A stretch of DNA of 64,000 nucleotides from Phoronis australis (Eukaryota > Animalia > Phoronida): assembly GCA_002633005.1 (NCBI GenBank), contig NMRA01000281.1, positions 265,123 through 329,122 on the forward strand, in the 5' to 3' direction. Shown here piece after piece: positions 35,453-50,400 of the stretch. The position numbers were made by a program, and so were the translations under genes. Position 1 is the first letter of the stretch, and every line of letters starts with the position of its first letter. The notes under the pieces are model-generated. The model was given only the letters and a program-made list of their open reading frames with translations. It was not told the DNA's origin and ran no database searches.

Positions 35453-38400
35453 TTGGTCAGCTTCAAAAGTTCCTTCTGGTAGCTCGTGCGCTGAGTAATC
35501 GCAATGCTCGCCACTGGAAGTGTCTTCGATTACGTCGCCTAAAACCACCACGTGATAGCTTGTCAATTAAGCTGCGGTGCGGAACGGAATAGAATTCCCG
35601 TTTAACTGTAAGAATTTTTTTCGTAGACGGTTCGTGAACTGTGGGACAGTGATACTAAACTGACCTGGCTACCGTGCATTATGCAAATCATCGTGAAATT
35701 AACTCCTTCTTAAAAGGTTCTAGTCGGATGGTCCATATCAGGATGGCGTGAAGGGGTGTCAGGTTGTAAAACGTCCAGCGCGTACGTCTTACCCATTGTG
35801 AGCGACGTTTTTCACTTTTTAATACGTAAACGCAATTAAACGTTTAGTTAAGGAACTTTAATTTTTAATGAACCTGGGCCACCATTCTGTAAAGAAGCAC
35901 TTTTTATGGGTTCGAAAATCAGCATCTGGGACAACTGTGCATGAGTATCACCCCAGTGTAGTTCTCATTGCACTCATTCAAACAAGAAACCATAAAAAAC
36001 AAAAAGGAAATACTCTTGATCCCACAAGTAAAATTATAAGAAATAAATATGTTCGATACAGATTATTGAAATAGCCAAAGAAAAAATGAAAGCTCACTAA
36101 CAGCGAAATGAAAAAAAATTAAATCTAACACAAACGGACAGTTTGTAATGACGTCAAGATCAAAACCTTATCACCCCTCTAAGAAAAATAACCAGCCTTG
36201 AGGACGTTGGTGGCCACTCGAGAAGAAGCAACCGAACACTAAACCCCTTACCTCCCACATCGGCCTGGTGAAACTCGACACGGTCTGGCCCTGGGGATAT
36301 TTGTTTGTCTAAAACTTACCAACGTGTATTATTTTATATCATAAGCTTCGTATCATCTCTGCCTTTAGATGGTCATGACGCCATTAACAGTAATCGTGCC
36401 GTGAGCCCGCTGGGAAGGTAGTTCTGGGATCTCAAGCAAGTTTCGGCTCATCCATCGTGTCATTTCATCCGCGACTTGATTGGGTCTCTTCTACCTTGTC
36501 GGTTGAACGCAAGCGCAGTATCCAAACTTATTGTTGATACAACTAACAGAGGTGATTTTACATTGACAAGACGATGATGACGGCGCTGTTGGCCGATATG
36601 AAATCATATTCGTCCGACGTCATCGTGGCCGAATGCTACATTAAAGTTCTTGGCTTTCAGATTAGCGAAAAGACTTAAGTCGCGTATTTTTACAGCAAAC
36701 TGGTAAATTGATGACTTGATTTGTCAAAGAGTATTTCGTTAACGACGCTGGTGGTACAAACAGATACACGTGAGCCCCGGTATGGTAAATTCAATCTGCA
36801 CCACTAGTTATTGTAAAAGTACACGTTGATAAAAAAACAACCAAAAATCTTCCGAACAGATTTATGTCTCCAATCTTTTTGGGAAACAGACTAGATGACA
36901 GGTGAAATTTCCAGATAAAGGGTAGCGCACACGATGCTACTTTTTCTCGCTGACAATGTCGCAGATAAAAATTGTATCATGAACGCTGGCTCACAACAAA
37001 AATTGTATTGTTTGCAATGGTTCAATTATTCCATAATTTGCCGCGGATAAAAATCGTGAGGACTCCCGACAAAAATCGTATCGCATGCTTTGGTCTTATT
37101 TGTCGGCTAGTTTTCAGCTGCTATGAAATTTTATTCAGCAGTTTAAGCGTCGTACAAAAATTGAAAATTGTAGAAATTTGAATTGCAAAAATGGGATTTC
37201 TCCATGCGCCTTAGGTTTCTCCAGATAATATTTTTCTCAATATTTTTATTAAGTATCGCGCATTTTAACAATGAAAAAATACAAAATACAAAACCTTGGT
37301 AACTATCCCATTGCACTTACAAAACCTCAAAATTCGAATCTCACTCAGAACAGGATGACGTGAATTTTTAAACATCTTACGAGTCAAGATTGATTTTTAA
37401 ACCATTATATTCATTGTTTGATTAAAGATTAAATAATCGTGGCTATTCAAATATTTTAAATTTAAGATATTTATTTATTTATCATTGTAATATTTGCAAT
37501 GAGGTTAGCCCCATCAGTTCTCAACGCTTTACACGGGGCCTTCGGAAAAGATAATGTATATAAAACTAAAAACAAGGTGAAGCCTTTATTTTGAAAAGTA
37601 CACCACTTGCCAAAAATATAAATTAGTATTCAACGCAAATATGAAATACTTGTATCAAGTAGAGTGCACACGCTTTTGTTAAAGTGTAATGCAGTTGCTC
37701 AACTATCTCCACGGTTGTACATGAAGTTTTTGAAATTCAATTTCAAAGCATAGAATTACAAGCGCAAAAACCCGTCTTCGTTGAGTTACAAACCAGCGCC
37801 ACATGCTAGCCTTGTATTTATCCTCAATGTTTTCCATCATTTAAATTCGAAGAATGAAATTTAAAAGCAAGTGGGAAATATTGAATTTCGAAGATACGTC
37901 CCAATCTGAAATTTTAAAATTCTTTGTTTAGGCCTATTGACGGAAAACAGGAACGTGAAGATACTATTTGCCTTTCTTGACAACTTCCCAGGTTTACCAA
38001 AAATTCAGATTATTCCTGCGGGCAGATCAATCTTTAAGTTCCCGGGTTTGATGAAACGATCATCAGAAGGCTATCATTTCCATGTGTGTGTGCGTGATGT
38101 GCACCGTACGGTGGCAGGTTTACAGTAACCACGACCTCTCATCACTGCATTTTGTCAGCCAGAAATAAACAACCAATACGGCAAGTGGAACATTGTAAAA
38201 CGGCCATATCACCGATTACCGAGACGCGTGGCCATTTGTTACGTATGTCATCACGTGACGGCCCCGTGGTCATTGTCCGAGAATTGTGTGAACAGCTAGA
38301 CGATATAACTTATAATGTGGACGCGGGAAATTGCGCAGTTCTTGAAACATTTCGAAGTGTTTATGTTTCAGTGATATCTTTCGAGTCTCATCCTGTGTTC

Positions 38401-41400
38401 TGAGTTGGTGGATGTAATGGGCATTTTTATTGATTTAGAAACAAGACATTAAGAGTGGCAGAAACGGAGTCAAAGGGTCTTATTTAGGCAACAACTATGC
38501 TCTCAGCGTGAAACTATGAATATTCAAGTCATATGTCCTTTTGCTATGCGCAAAACATGAATTTGTTGAAATTTTTGACAATTAGTTTAGTGCTTATGTT
38601 TTACTTTAATGTTCTATTCTAACAGCAGTGACGAAATGAATGAATATTGAAGATATATCCATTAAATATGTCTTTTGCGAGGTTCGTAGGAGGATTGGAA
38701 AAATTCTCTCAGTTGCAGAATTAAAAAGAAGGTCGTTTTTGTTAGACAAAAATAGTTCCTGGTTCCGGTTCTTCCACTCGCGTCGTTTTTGAGCCCTTTG
38801 TAAAAAGTGTGTTCTTGGATACTGCGTTGTCGCATTAAGTTAGAGTATCACTTTTGAATGAAATACGTATTATCATTGGTGTGTCGTCGCATCCTTTTTA
38901 GGCACTACCTAAAATCCGAACCAGCTGAGTGTTTTAAATATCATTTCTAACCTGATGTTTAGTGATAACGTGCCTGCCCCTGTTATGACGCGATTTGTAC
39001 TCGCAAGTATGGAATTGCAGTCCTACTACAACGTCAAAAAATTCTCAAGTCTTGTCTATTTTTCCCATCTCAGGTAACCACGGCGGTATTTTAGCACTTG
39101 AAACTTTTACAAAATTACGTGTTTTTTATTACTCGCTGTGCATCGACAACGATCGCACTCATTGTATGCTCCAGTGTCGGTGACCTCCATATCCTGGTAA
39201 TAATTTCAAAGATTATTAGTCTTTAAAGAGTTGTTTAAAATCTGGCTTAATAACCGTAACTATTATTATTGTTCTTTAATATTCGCATTTTGATTGTATA
39301 CGACTGAGTCCGAACCGTCAAAATGACGTCATACTAAATAAGCCCATAGTTGTTCAAAGGGTCTGTTTTTTGATTATGCTTTGAAACTTGTCTTATCTTG
39401 CTTCTGTACACAAAGAACTTATTTTTATCTCCGTCCAGTAGCTTTAGGCAATAAAAAACAAAATCTGGATCAGCATGATAGGGTAAAACCTGCGAACACG
39501 TCATTGGATACCAGAGCTGCTTGAGAGAACATTCATCGACAACAAATTGACTTTTTGGGGTTCATTGCTTGTATGCGTATATGCTATATATTTTCATCAA
39601 TTTCACTTTAGAAATCAAAACACGTTTACTTGCAGGAAGCCGTCGAGACACTAAAATACTTTTGTGTGGACAGTGGAAAATCTTCTTGTGTTTAAACCTG
39701 AAGTTTGTGAATGCCAAAAAAAACATTAACTTGATTTCTAGGCAGTAATGTTTTTCACTGTAAAGGTTCACCTTTGTGAAATACGTGCAGAAAAATGCAA
39801 TAATGTGCTAAGAGGCCACCAGCATTTGTTTATTTTGTCCTTGCATTATATTTCGTAAACTCTTCTTGCAAATCGTTTTACTTTGGGTTCATTGTTTCAT
39901 GACTTTGCTTTTCGAAACCTTGTCTTAGATGTATGATGACTTACATTAAAAGTGTTGTATGGCCTTCTGCAAGCGCCAACTTCATTTACCTTTAACGAGA
40001 CGTCAGTAAAATATTCTTTATCCTTAGCAAGAAGTTGTCGAAGTGGTGATGTGAACTATCTTTTACAAAGAAAAGCACGTGAACGACATCAGCATGGAAG
40101 ATGAGCAAATCACCAGCGTATTTAGTTGTTGGGTTGCCGTTTGACCTTTAGAAACTTGGAAACGTTATTGTAGTCAATTTGCGAACTTGGTTTATTCATT
40201 CCACATTTTAACGATACCAGCTACGATAGATGACGCATCGTAACTGCCAAAGGAAAATCATTTTTGAATTACGAGGCAGCCAGTCATGCCGTTGAACGCA
40301 AAATAACATTCTTATGTCTCCGTGTGCAGGTCACCACGTCGCGTGCTTGCCGTTTTCTGTGTAAAACCATCAAAACCACATTGACCATCGCAGAACAATG
40401 CTGCGAGCTCACAACATACCGAAAACACATCATAAACCTTGCCTTGAAATGACCAACGATTCGGTTGTTCGCGTGCCGTTAGCCAGTAGAAGATTTCTCT
40501 ATCGGTATTCAATGACCATTGTATTTGTTTAACTTCGCTATTTGGTTGTGAGGTTCTAAAGGCCGGGTTTGGGATTTTCAGCTCCCTAAGTGGTTAGAAG
40601 CTTTAGATGAGTGGGTGAGTAAAATGAAATAAACACAGCCACGACAAATGCTCTCGGGGTGATTAAAGTCAAACCATTGGCTCGCGTTTGCGTAGCAAGA
40701 GTGGGATTACCGAACATTATCTCTAACTTCTTCTACACTAAGGTAGGCTTATGCAAAAACACGTCTTGTATTTAACGAATACCTGAAGTATAAAGGTTCA
40801 CTTGACCAACTTAACACAAAAAATGCGGCATTTTTTTATTTCATACATTAAAAAAGGCATTAAAATTGTTAAATCCAACGACTGAATATAATATCTTGAG
40901 CTACTCTAACATTTTTGATGTAAAAGAACGCATACTTGTGACGACACAGACTTGCGCTGTCTTTAAAAATATGCAATGAATCGAAGTTCTCTGGAATCTC
41001 AAACAAGAAATGGTCCACTTTGCTTGGGCGAGTTGTGTGATTGGAAATACACCGATAAGTTGTTCAAACAAAATAAATCTACTTTGAGTTCAGTAACGCT
41101 AAGACCTCGCTATAAAGCAAGATATCGCGAGATTACGTGAGATATTGCCGTATATTTTGAATGCGAACTCGTGATTTTGGCTAGATTTTAACGTGATCCT
41201 AGCGAAGGTCCTATCGTTACTGAACTCTACTTTGGTCGGTTATTAACGAATTGGCTGTCGTGTTTCAGATTCATTACAAAGAAAACATCAGATCAAATGC
41301 TCTACAGTAAAAAATTACAGATATTTTTAACATTTTATGAAGAGGAAGCTTATAGTTTGCATAAATTAAAATGAATAATTTTCCAGCATTGGCAAACGTA

Positions 41401-44400
41401 AACTGGGATTGAGTATTTGGCCTCTGAGAAGGTGTTAAGTTATTAAAATAATATTCATCTTGTAAGATTAAGTGAGTAAGGAGTGTCGTGAACGTATGTA
41501 GTTTGACACGTGCGATGATTTAGTAAATTTATCGCAATAAAAGGATATTCAGGACCCCTGAGAGGTGCGCGCTTACGCTGTGCCGCCCCATCCTGCGACG
41601 GATCGTGTGTCTATTGCCATAGGCTTATACAGTGAGATGCCTTCCATTCTGGACGCTTGCTGGTGAGTACTTGAAAGCACTCTCGAGAATTAAACCTTTC
41701 ATCAGACCCTTAAAAATCTTCACAGGAGCTGAGATAGGAGTTTGCTTGATGATAAAGCACCTCGTTTTGTGATTTGTGCTCACGAGAAAAGAAAACGTGC
41801 ACAGGATTTCAAGAAATTTGCACACTATGTAAAGCCATATTGATGAAAACGATATCCTAAAATCACTTGTTGATGAAATAATCACACGAGTGGTTGCAAC
41901 AAAAGAAACATTATTAAATATTAAAAGCGAGACCATTTTCGTATACAGTGTGCACGCATATGCCCATATTGCGCCTGTGATGTATTCATGAAATTTCCAT
42001 AAAATCCACAACTGCCATAAAATACATAGCCCGTCATAAAAAAGAAAGTTCAAAACAATAAAATGAACAGTTGGCAGTCATGTGGCAGCCTGGTAACCAA
42101 GGCAGTTAAGGCTCGTGGGCGTGTCCTAATGTGATACGTCATTCATCACCCCTGATGGCCAATAAAACCCGACGTGTGATGGCGGATAGTGAACGATTGT
42201 TCGTCGTAATCTAACCGGACATAAAATGAGTGTTGCGGCGCAAACGGGACTCCTCGCGTTTAAATGCCACACGCATTTAAGAACAATTTTAGAAGAATTC
42301 CATCGAGGAGCAATTTGAAACCATGGGGGTGAGGCCTGATGGTTTCAGTAACGCGTAGCTCCATGCCAAATCTTGTTGACTTTCGTTTAGACGACCAGCC
42401 ACTGTGCCTGGAATAAAGAACTAATTAACTGTATTCCTGAAGCGGCAAACAGTAATGGTTTGGCAAAACATTGTTCTTTTGAAGGTCATCGATGTGTAAA
42501 ACGATTTTGTTTTTCTACCGAAATTTGATGAATGTATCATTGCCGGAGCTACGTTCTCTCTCCATGATTCAGCATCGTACACCATATTACCGCGCTCCGC
42601 TGTAACATCTAACCAAGCAGCTGGGTAACATGTTATATTACATTAACATCTAATTTAGTATGCAACATTACACGAACCGTTACGCAACGCAAAATTCTAC
42701 TTGCTAACTTTCGAAATACGAGATTTCTCAGAGCCCACAACAATGTGGTTACTGCTACATAAAAACGAATTTCACTGCTATATCGTTGAATACGAATTTG
42801 CTGATTATTTTTCATTTAGGTTAATATGTCTAAGTTTGTGTATTTATCAAATATAGTTACAGGAATAAAAACACGTAAAGGTATGTTTTCTGATAATAGA
42901 AAATTTGAAGAATTTTATTTTTACTTTATGCCACTCTGCCATTGATTGAGCAACGTGAAAACGTCTATGTATCAAAATTTGCCAAAAAGAAAGGAGTACC
43001 CACAGCAAACCAACGGTATCGATAACATGGCCAAAGTTGTTTCGACATAAATGTGATGAAATCTCAGAAACATAGTTTTCTAAATTATCGTTTTGTTTTC
43101 ATTGTATGCAATTTTTATTACATTCTTAAAAAATCAAATTTTACATTGCTCTTATATCAAAGTGGAACACTTTAAAAAAATTTAATAGCGTATTAGAATA
43201 GTGCATCATCTTTAAGTTTCGTTTGAATTTGATCAGCCAACGCCGAGATATGATATTTTAACTAAATCGGTTAGTTTTGGACGTTTTCTATGGGTTTAAT
43301 AACCTTTCGGAAAACGAGTCTCGTACTGAAGCAGTATTGAAAGCAATTTTCTCCGAAGGATAAATTATTGACGAGAAGTTTGTTTTCCAAAATCACCATT
43401 GATTTCAGCGAATGTTTGGTAGACAAAGGCGAGTATTGGCGATTTGTAATAATATCACAAAATACAACACATTTTGTGATAGTTCTGATCAAAGCTAACA
43501 ACCTCAAGAGGTCTATCCCATCCAACGATAATCTCAGAAATACGTTTTTCGAGCGCAAACCCGATAACATCTCTCTAATAACTGAATCAAAATATATTTT
43601 TTCTGAACCTGCGTGTCTGCTGAAGCTGTTTCCCGAAATGTCGCTTAGTGTCCATTCAGTCAAAAAGTATAGTCAGGAATGGTTCGCGATACCGGTGTCG
43701 AATTTTAAAGATGATGAGAAATGAATGAAGTTGAAAGCTGACGGTACAAAAATGAAATGGCGTGTTTTCTTAAAAACGTTTTGGATCACAATTGATGTTC
43801 TGAACTATTGCTTGTTAGAGCCGCTGTGTTAAGCTTTTACATGTATGTTCCCGCCTACTCTGAACGACCATAACTGGGTGTTTAGACCATTTACCGCTAT
43901 GGAATTAATATCACACTGCTCTTCACTCAAATTAGGTGTTTTATGCGCGGAAGAACTCACATTTCAATATTTCTTAAGGTCATGTTCAATAAGTTGGCTG
44001 CTCATTTTACAAATCGAACATGGTCCCAGCCATTCAATTGTCAGTTTTCTTCAAGGCTCAAGAATGGTATCGCTTCTAACCAGAGTTAAGCGCGAAAACA
44101 GTTTCACAACTGAAAGTTAGTCTAATCAAGCCATGATTTGACAAAAGGCGGGTCTAGAGTACACCCATAGGTAATGAATGATACCGATCAGACTAACAAG
44201 ACAGCGTTTCCAAAATATCGGCGTGTGTGTTCCGCACCTTCCAAACAGGTCCGGTAAAGTTCATCAGCCATCCATTAAATTTTAATTGATGCCATGTTCC
44301 GAAACTTAACACTGTCCGGGTTTAACTACCGTGTCGCGCTTGTAAAAAAAGCAGCGATCCATTTGGTAACAACTTCTGACTAGGTTGACGTACAACACAC

Positions 44401-47400
44401 ATATGGTACGGCTCACCAAATGAGGTGTGGCGAAAATCGAGATCTGCACAGTTGACTTGCTGAAAACAGTGGTCTCGTGTTTTATCTCTTATTCAGGTAC
44501 GCTAAATAGCACATGAGCTCGTCGCATGAAAAGAATCCAAAAGGGAGCGAATATACGCAGGTTCATTTGCACTGGTGAAAACAAAGGAAAGGTTATTTCT
44601 AGACGCAAATACAAAAATAAGTAACACGCTGAGCGGCGGTAACAATTACGTGAACGGTTTTGCACGATCGTTGAGCGAAAATTGTGATGCAACTATGGAT
44701 GCAAAGTGCAATGGAGTTACCTTTAACTTAGGCTTTGTATCTTTTAGAAATAGGAAACACATGCACAACGTCGAGTTAATGTGCGCGGGAACAACTCGTT
44801 TCTTGATTGACATTAAGCGCCATTGTTGTGGCAACTGATGGATGATGTCTGCAGAGATGGCGGTGACGCCTGAGACGTCAATGCAAACTTGCATAATGTA
44901 AAAATAAACAATTTTCAAGTTTATTCCAGAAAAGACAATTGCCCCTTCATTCGAAAACGATATTGTCAGTTCCGAAAAGGCGGGACTCTGGGAAGTACCA
45001 TGCCAAGGACTGCCTGGATATTGTGCACAAACTTCAATTAGCAATAAAATATTTCATTTTCATTGCTTTAAAACTAGACTGAGAACGCTTAATTACACAG
45101 TCGACTTTCAAAATTTCGAAGCCGTTTTTTCGACAATAGCTCAGTTTTGGATTTTGACGTGTGCAATGTGCTCAGTTCGCGGCGCGCGCTCCGTCATCGG
45201 AGGGTCAAGATCTTCACTATGCACTCTACATGTAGTTCGTGTAAACTGGAAAAAATCCCCGGACTACATTCAATGCTTCGTTTTCTGCTGATTTCGATTC
45301 CCACATTGACTTGAGGTTTTCCACTGACATCTTTGTGACTCTGGGGGAATGCTTTTCTCAACCAATTTTAACCGCATTTTCCATTTGAAAACTAAAATAA
45401 CTGCTAACATGGTCTTCAAAACGAGATCGTAACTCAGACGGTAACTTTGTTCTGATGTTCACTAGGTTCAGGATTTATTTCACCTTTTGCTTCACTTACG
45501 CAAACATTACGTGTACACAGAACTTTCAGTTTAAACAAAGTGCAGCACTGAACCTCACAAGTTTGCAAGTGAGCTTTCCAAACCGTGCAAGTATCCACAG
45601 ACACGTCGGGCATTCGAGTATCAAATATTTCAGAACTGTTCGCATAATCCATGATGTCTTCTGACGAAAGGATTTCCTAAACGTTTATCGTATCATATGG
45701 TATTTGTCAAGCCTCCAGTTTACATAATTCGCGTGCATGCATGCAGCTCTGTTTCTGTGTATTTTTATTGGAGAATAATTAATTCCAGGTATAGTGTCAC
45801 CCGGAAGAACGAGCAGAGACGCCCGTGTAAGCACGCCACCAGTCCAGCCCTCTATCGGACCGGACCTGAACCAGAATGGGTCGCCACATGCACTCCGGCT
45901 GTCAATAGCGATAGCTTAGGTGGCGCTGATTCGAGACTACGGCCAGTTGGTTTCGATCGCTACAGCCTGCTGTCACTTCGTCTGTAAAAGGATCTAGGTA
46001 AATAAGATGAGGAGGTGACCGTGAATAAACTGTCAGTGAAACTGGGCTGATAATATGACATCGGAACTGCAGCACAACCTGCACCGGAACTCGGCAAATT
46101 CTTTTCAACCCATGTCATACGCAATGCATTCTGCGAGAAGGGAGCCGTGTAGTTTTCAATTTTATTCATATCTCTTTGACTCGCTTTATATTCGTTGAAA
46201 CCTTCTCTCTAACAGTATCTTCTTTTTGTTTTCACCGATTTATAAAATGATTTAGAGGTGAAAGCCGAGAGCGTCAACTTTTTGGCAAATTGGTTTGCGC
46301 TGCGTCATAAGAATGTCCTTAAAGTATTCCATGTACGGTGATCACTATCTCTTGCATCCAAATACACATCCTGTGCGGCTGCCTGGCAACGGTAATAACA
46401 CTGCAATTACGTCCCTGCTGCTTACGTTTTTATCAATGCATTTCACCTTCAAACAGGTCGAGTGACCAAACTTAGAAACTGTATGACTATAGAACGAAAC
46501 CTTCATATCGAATTCACCACTCTAAATTAAAATTCGGAAAAGGAAATGCAAAAGAATGAATAAGTCGTTAGCGAGTCCGGAACAACGGGATTCCGGGACA
46601 AAAGATGGTGTCATCACATGGGACAGCAGACGGGGATCCAGGTCAGGTGACTCGGCTCCCTCTCCTCGAGCACTCTTGGTTTGCTGCAAAGGAGGAATAC
46701 AAAGTGCCCCCCTACTAGGGGTAGTACACTGTCCATGTATTTCTGGCAATCGCCAAACCCTGTAGCCATGATGACCCTGGTACAAGATTAACAAGTGCTT
46801 GCCGAGAGCTCAGTGTAGCACACGCGAACCCGCACAGGGTTCGTCACTGGCTTGTCCTCTTGACATCCGCGAACATATTTTGAAGTCAATGAGGGGACAA
46901 GTGTGGTTTATGGTTGAATAAAAGAAATCCGTCACGCCATTAATCTTTCGGACACGAGCGGAGTTAATGGCTCGTAGCTGAAACGGACCAACTTCCACAT
47001 GGCGACAATGACAGTCGGCCGTGACGTGCAGAAATGTTGCTCAGCTCTCAACACAATTAAAAAGATATAATACGCGAATTGGAAACTGTACGAGAAAAAC
47101 GAATGGATAAAAAGTTACTAAGCTTTTCTTTTGAACAATGTTTGAAAGCGTGTCATGTGACAACGAACATTTAGCTATTTACATCAATTGGAAGTTTTCA
47201 ATTTGTAAATTATCATTCTAAAAATAAAGCGTACAATGTTTTTAGGATATAGTTTGTACACTGGGCGTGAAATTAATCATCATTTTCCGATATAACAACA
47301 AAATAATGAAGTACACCTTGTCGCTATATGGCAATTGAGTATTTGGTGGACCGTAACATTCGGCATTCTTTCATTCTTGTAACTTCCTTGCGACCATCAC

Positions 47401-50400
47401 CCGTGTCGTCAAATTCAAATATCACTGTTGTGCAGATAGACATGCAAACGATTCGTAAAATATGACCATTGATATTGCTCGTGCTTGAAAGAAATTGCAT
47501 TTTGTCCCTGTCTTCAAAACCAGAATAATAAATTGGGTCAAGTGAAAGACGCCTTTGTGCTCTCACAACGCTAAAATATTTCCTGTTGGCATGAGTCTAA
47601 AGCCACAGTTCGGGCCTATTTAGGTCCCCACAAAAATGAAAAAAACGGAGTGGGTCAGGTTGGACGGCAATTTTGTGATTGGGGAGCAATTGCCATAGGA
47701 CTTGAAGTTATTTTGAGTAAATGAAGTCCACAAATTTGACATCTGCTCCTATTTACCCGGATACGGATGTTTCGCCTTGTTCAGTGGGGAATTTCTTGGC
47801 ACGAATACATGTACCCTTCAGACAAATGTACATTGGCAAAAATCTGGCAGTTAATGACATATTTTTGTCTAAATTTCTGTAATCTCAGTGTGCAAGAGCG
47901 TTTAAATTCGTCTCCTCTCTTGTATCGGGCAGTTGTGAACTTGTGATTTTTGGTACAAAGCCGAAATTGCAATTTTTGGTCATCTCTATTCTTACCAGAA
48001 TACGTAACAAGGCGATAAGGCATGGCTTTGTTGAATTTTTCCATTTCTGAGACACACCATCTAGGGTGTTTTCTGCGAATTATGCTGTTGTTTTCTTGTG
48101 TCTCGGGTGTAAACATGGGCTATTAACCAAGACTTTTGATAAGGTCAAAATCAGCCACTCGATCTGTGATGTTTACCCATGATTTTTGATCATGGCTCTC
48201 CGAGTGAGGTGATACATGTAAATCCACTTTTCATGCTGATAGATGGCGACACCAGATGCGCGACTCTCATTACGTTTTGGTGCCTACACAACTGTAAAAA
48301 TCTTATTTACTCACCAAATGCAATATTCTAACGCCTGGACGGAAATCGGATCCAGCCAGTGGGCGTGTTATGAGATATACCCCAGCCCAAGGTAACCACT
48401 TGGTCGGTGATCATGATCAAACCGTATAATATACAGTAGGTCTCATGCGCAGGACCGCAGGAAGCGGGGGTGGGCCGGGGGTCATGTGAAATGCCCGTCT
48501 CCCATGTTTACCCTGTTGCCCTCAAGAATCTGCGAGCATGCCTTCGAGAATTGTTTATAATAGCATGTTTTGACAAACAATGAATTCATTGGTTTCAGAT
48601 TTACATGTTTATGTATCTAGGAAAATCGACTGATTCGTGTGATGTTTGACAATTAGAAGCTCATCTTGTAAGAATTGATGATGCTTCAGTGAACTTAGTT
48701 GCAGGCTGAAGTTGGGAAAATCTCCATTATCCGATCCCCAAGTAGTAAAATACATTAGACGATTCTTGCCTATCTGAAATAACCCTCAAAGATGTTTAGG
48801 GAATTCGGAAGTTGTGCAAGGTGTCCCAAAAATGTACATACAATTTAAATGACAAAGCTTTTAGTGTTTATTGACTTAGGAACTAGATTAGTGGCTTAAA
48901 TTCAAAAACAGGAATTAAATCTTTAAATCAAATTGAACGCACTGCTCCTGAGCTCGGGTAGATTAAAGTCTTTGCACTTCCTTGATGTTTTTTAGTTTCC
49001 AGTATCATTGCGCAATAAATTTTCGTTTTCCGAAACTGAGTCGTTTGCTTGCCATTTCTATACATGTATGCGTACAGACCTCGTAATTGCTCACCCATCC
49101 ACTTTTAAAACAAAGTGAAACCACGGTATCTGATCCACGTGAATTGAACTCCTGACGTTGTGCTGAAGTATGGGCACATTTTAGGGACACCCTGTTCATC
49201 ATTTGTCCCTCGCCAATAACTTAGAGGACATGATACCTGTATTTTAACAAGGGATATTGAAACAACCCCAAATACAGTGTACCAGTGTCTTCGGAACCTC
49301 AACCTTTCAAAATATGCCTTCAAAGATTGGGTTAAACTGGACCGTAATAAAAATGAATCTTGACCTTAGGGTCAGCGCAGACGGATAGCTACGAATTGCC
49401 TGTCTCAAGTGGATCATAGCCGAGCTCACCAGTTGCTAGCCTAGCTCTAATCCCGTCCACGCCTCCAGATGGCGGGAGCTGTCAGCTCACAGTTGGCAGC
49501 CCAGCTTCCAGGTATCTCTGTGTTGGCCCTTAGGAGTCATTTTCACTCTTCGTGAAACTTAATTGAAACACGGTTATAATACTCAAGTTCTGATGGTTGC
49601 CTCCCCAACGTTTGCTCCCACCTGAGGCGGGCATGGGAGTACAAAATTAGCTACATGTACATCTACAGAATGGTTAAGGGAGGTGGTCGGTGGCGAAAGG
49701 ACTGGGGGAGGGGGCTAACCATGGTTTGGCGACGTCGAATTAGTTGTGCCCTTTCCACTGAGTTGGGTAGGGCCTAATTCAGATTTGCGGGGACCGGTGT
49801 CGCCATGTCGCCGTCGGACAGTCGCTGACTGCAAAAGTTTGGTGGGTTCACACTTTTACGCGATTGACGACCATTCGCGCGATTGACAACCTTTCACAAT
49901 TTTCTTTGGGCATGGGTAGCATGTCGGCAAATAACACCAGAAAATTTCGGTTCGGTTCGGTTCGGTTCAGTTTCAGCGTTCTTCATGCGCGTACCGAGGG
50001 GGGGCTCGGGGGTTACCACGTGGCAGAGAAAATAAAGCAATTGCACGTGAACGTTTCGTATGAATCCGATCCGCCATTTCTGAGATGTGATGTTCCACAG
50101 TTAGACAAATCTTTAACATTTCTAGGGTCCTGCAAAACTTTAACTGAAAACTTCACAGCTGTTCAACGTAGTCAGTTTAAAATGTATCTCAAGTTCCAGG
50201 GTTAAGCTAAATGGTAGACAACGCAATGTTACATTGATCCGATTAACCTGTTTATGTCCCGCTTAGCATAAGATTACAATCCCGTACTCAACATTTGCAA
50301 ATTATATTTTATACCAGCATGTTTACAATTAAAAATGCGTCGCGTACTTTTGTGCTCCATATATATCGATGAATTTCCTCGGTGGTAGGATTTTAACAGT

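Noticed and set aside
34592-35592. Plus-strand ORFs overlapping FoxF
   Set aside because: Antisense shadows of the GC-rich FoxF coding exon.
41625-44120. Longer ORFs at 41625-42053, 43271-43724 and 43845-44120
   Set aside because: No recognisable domain, mostly non-AUG starts and no splice-consistent model; possibly old repeat debris.
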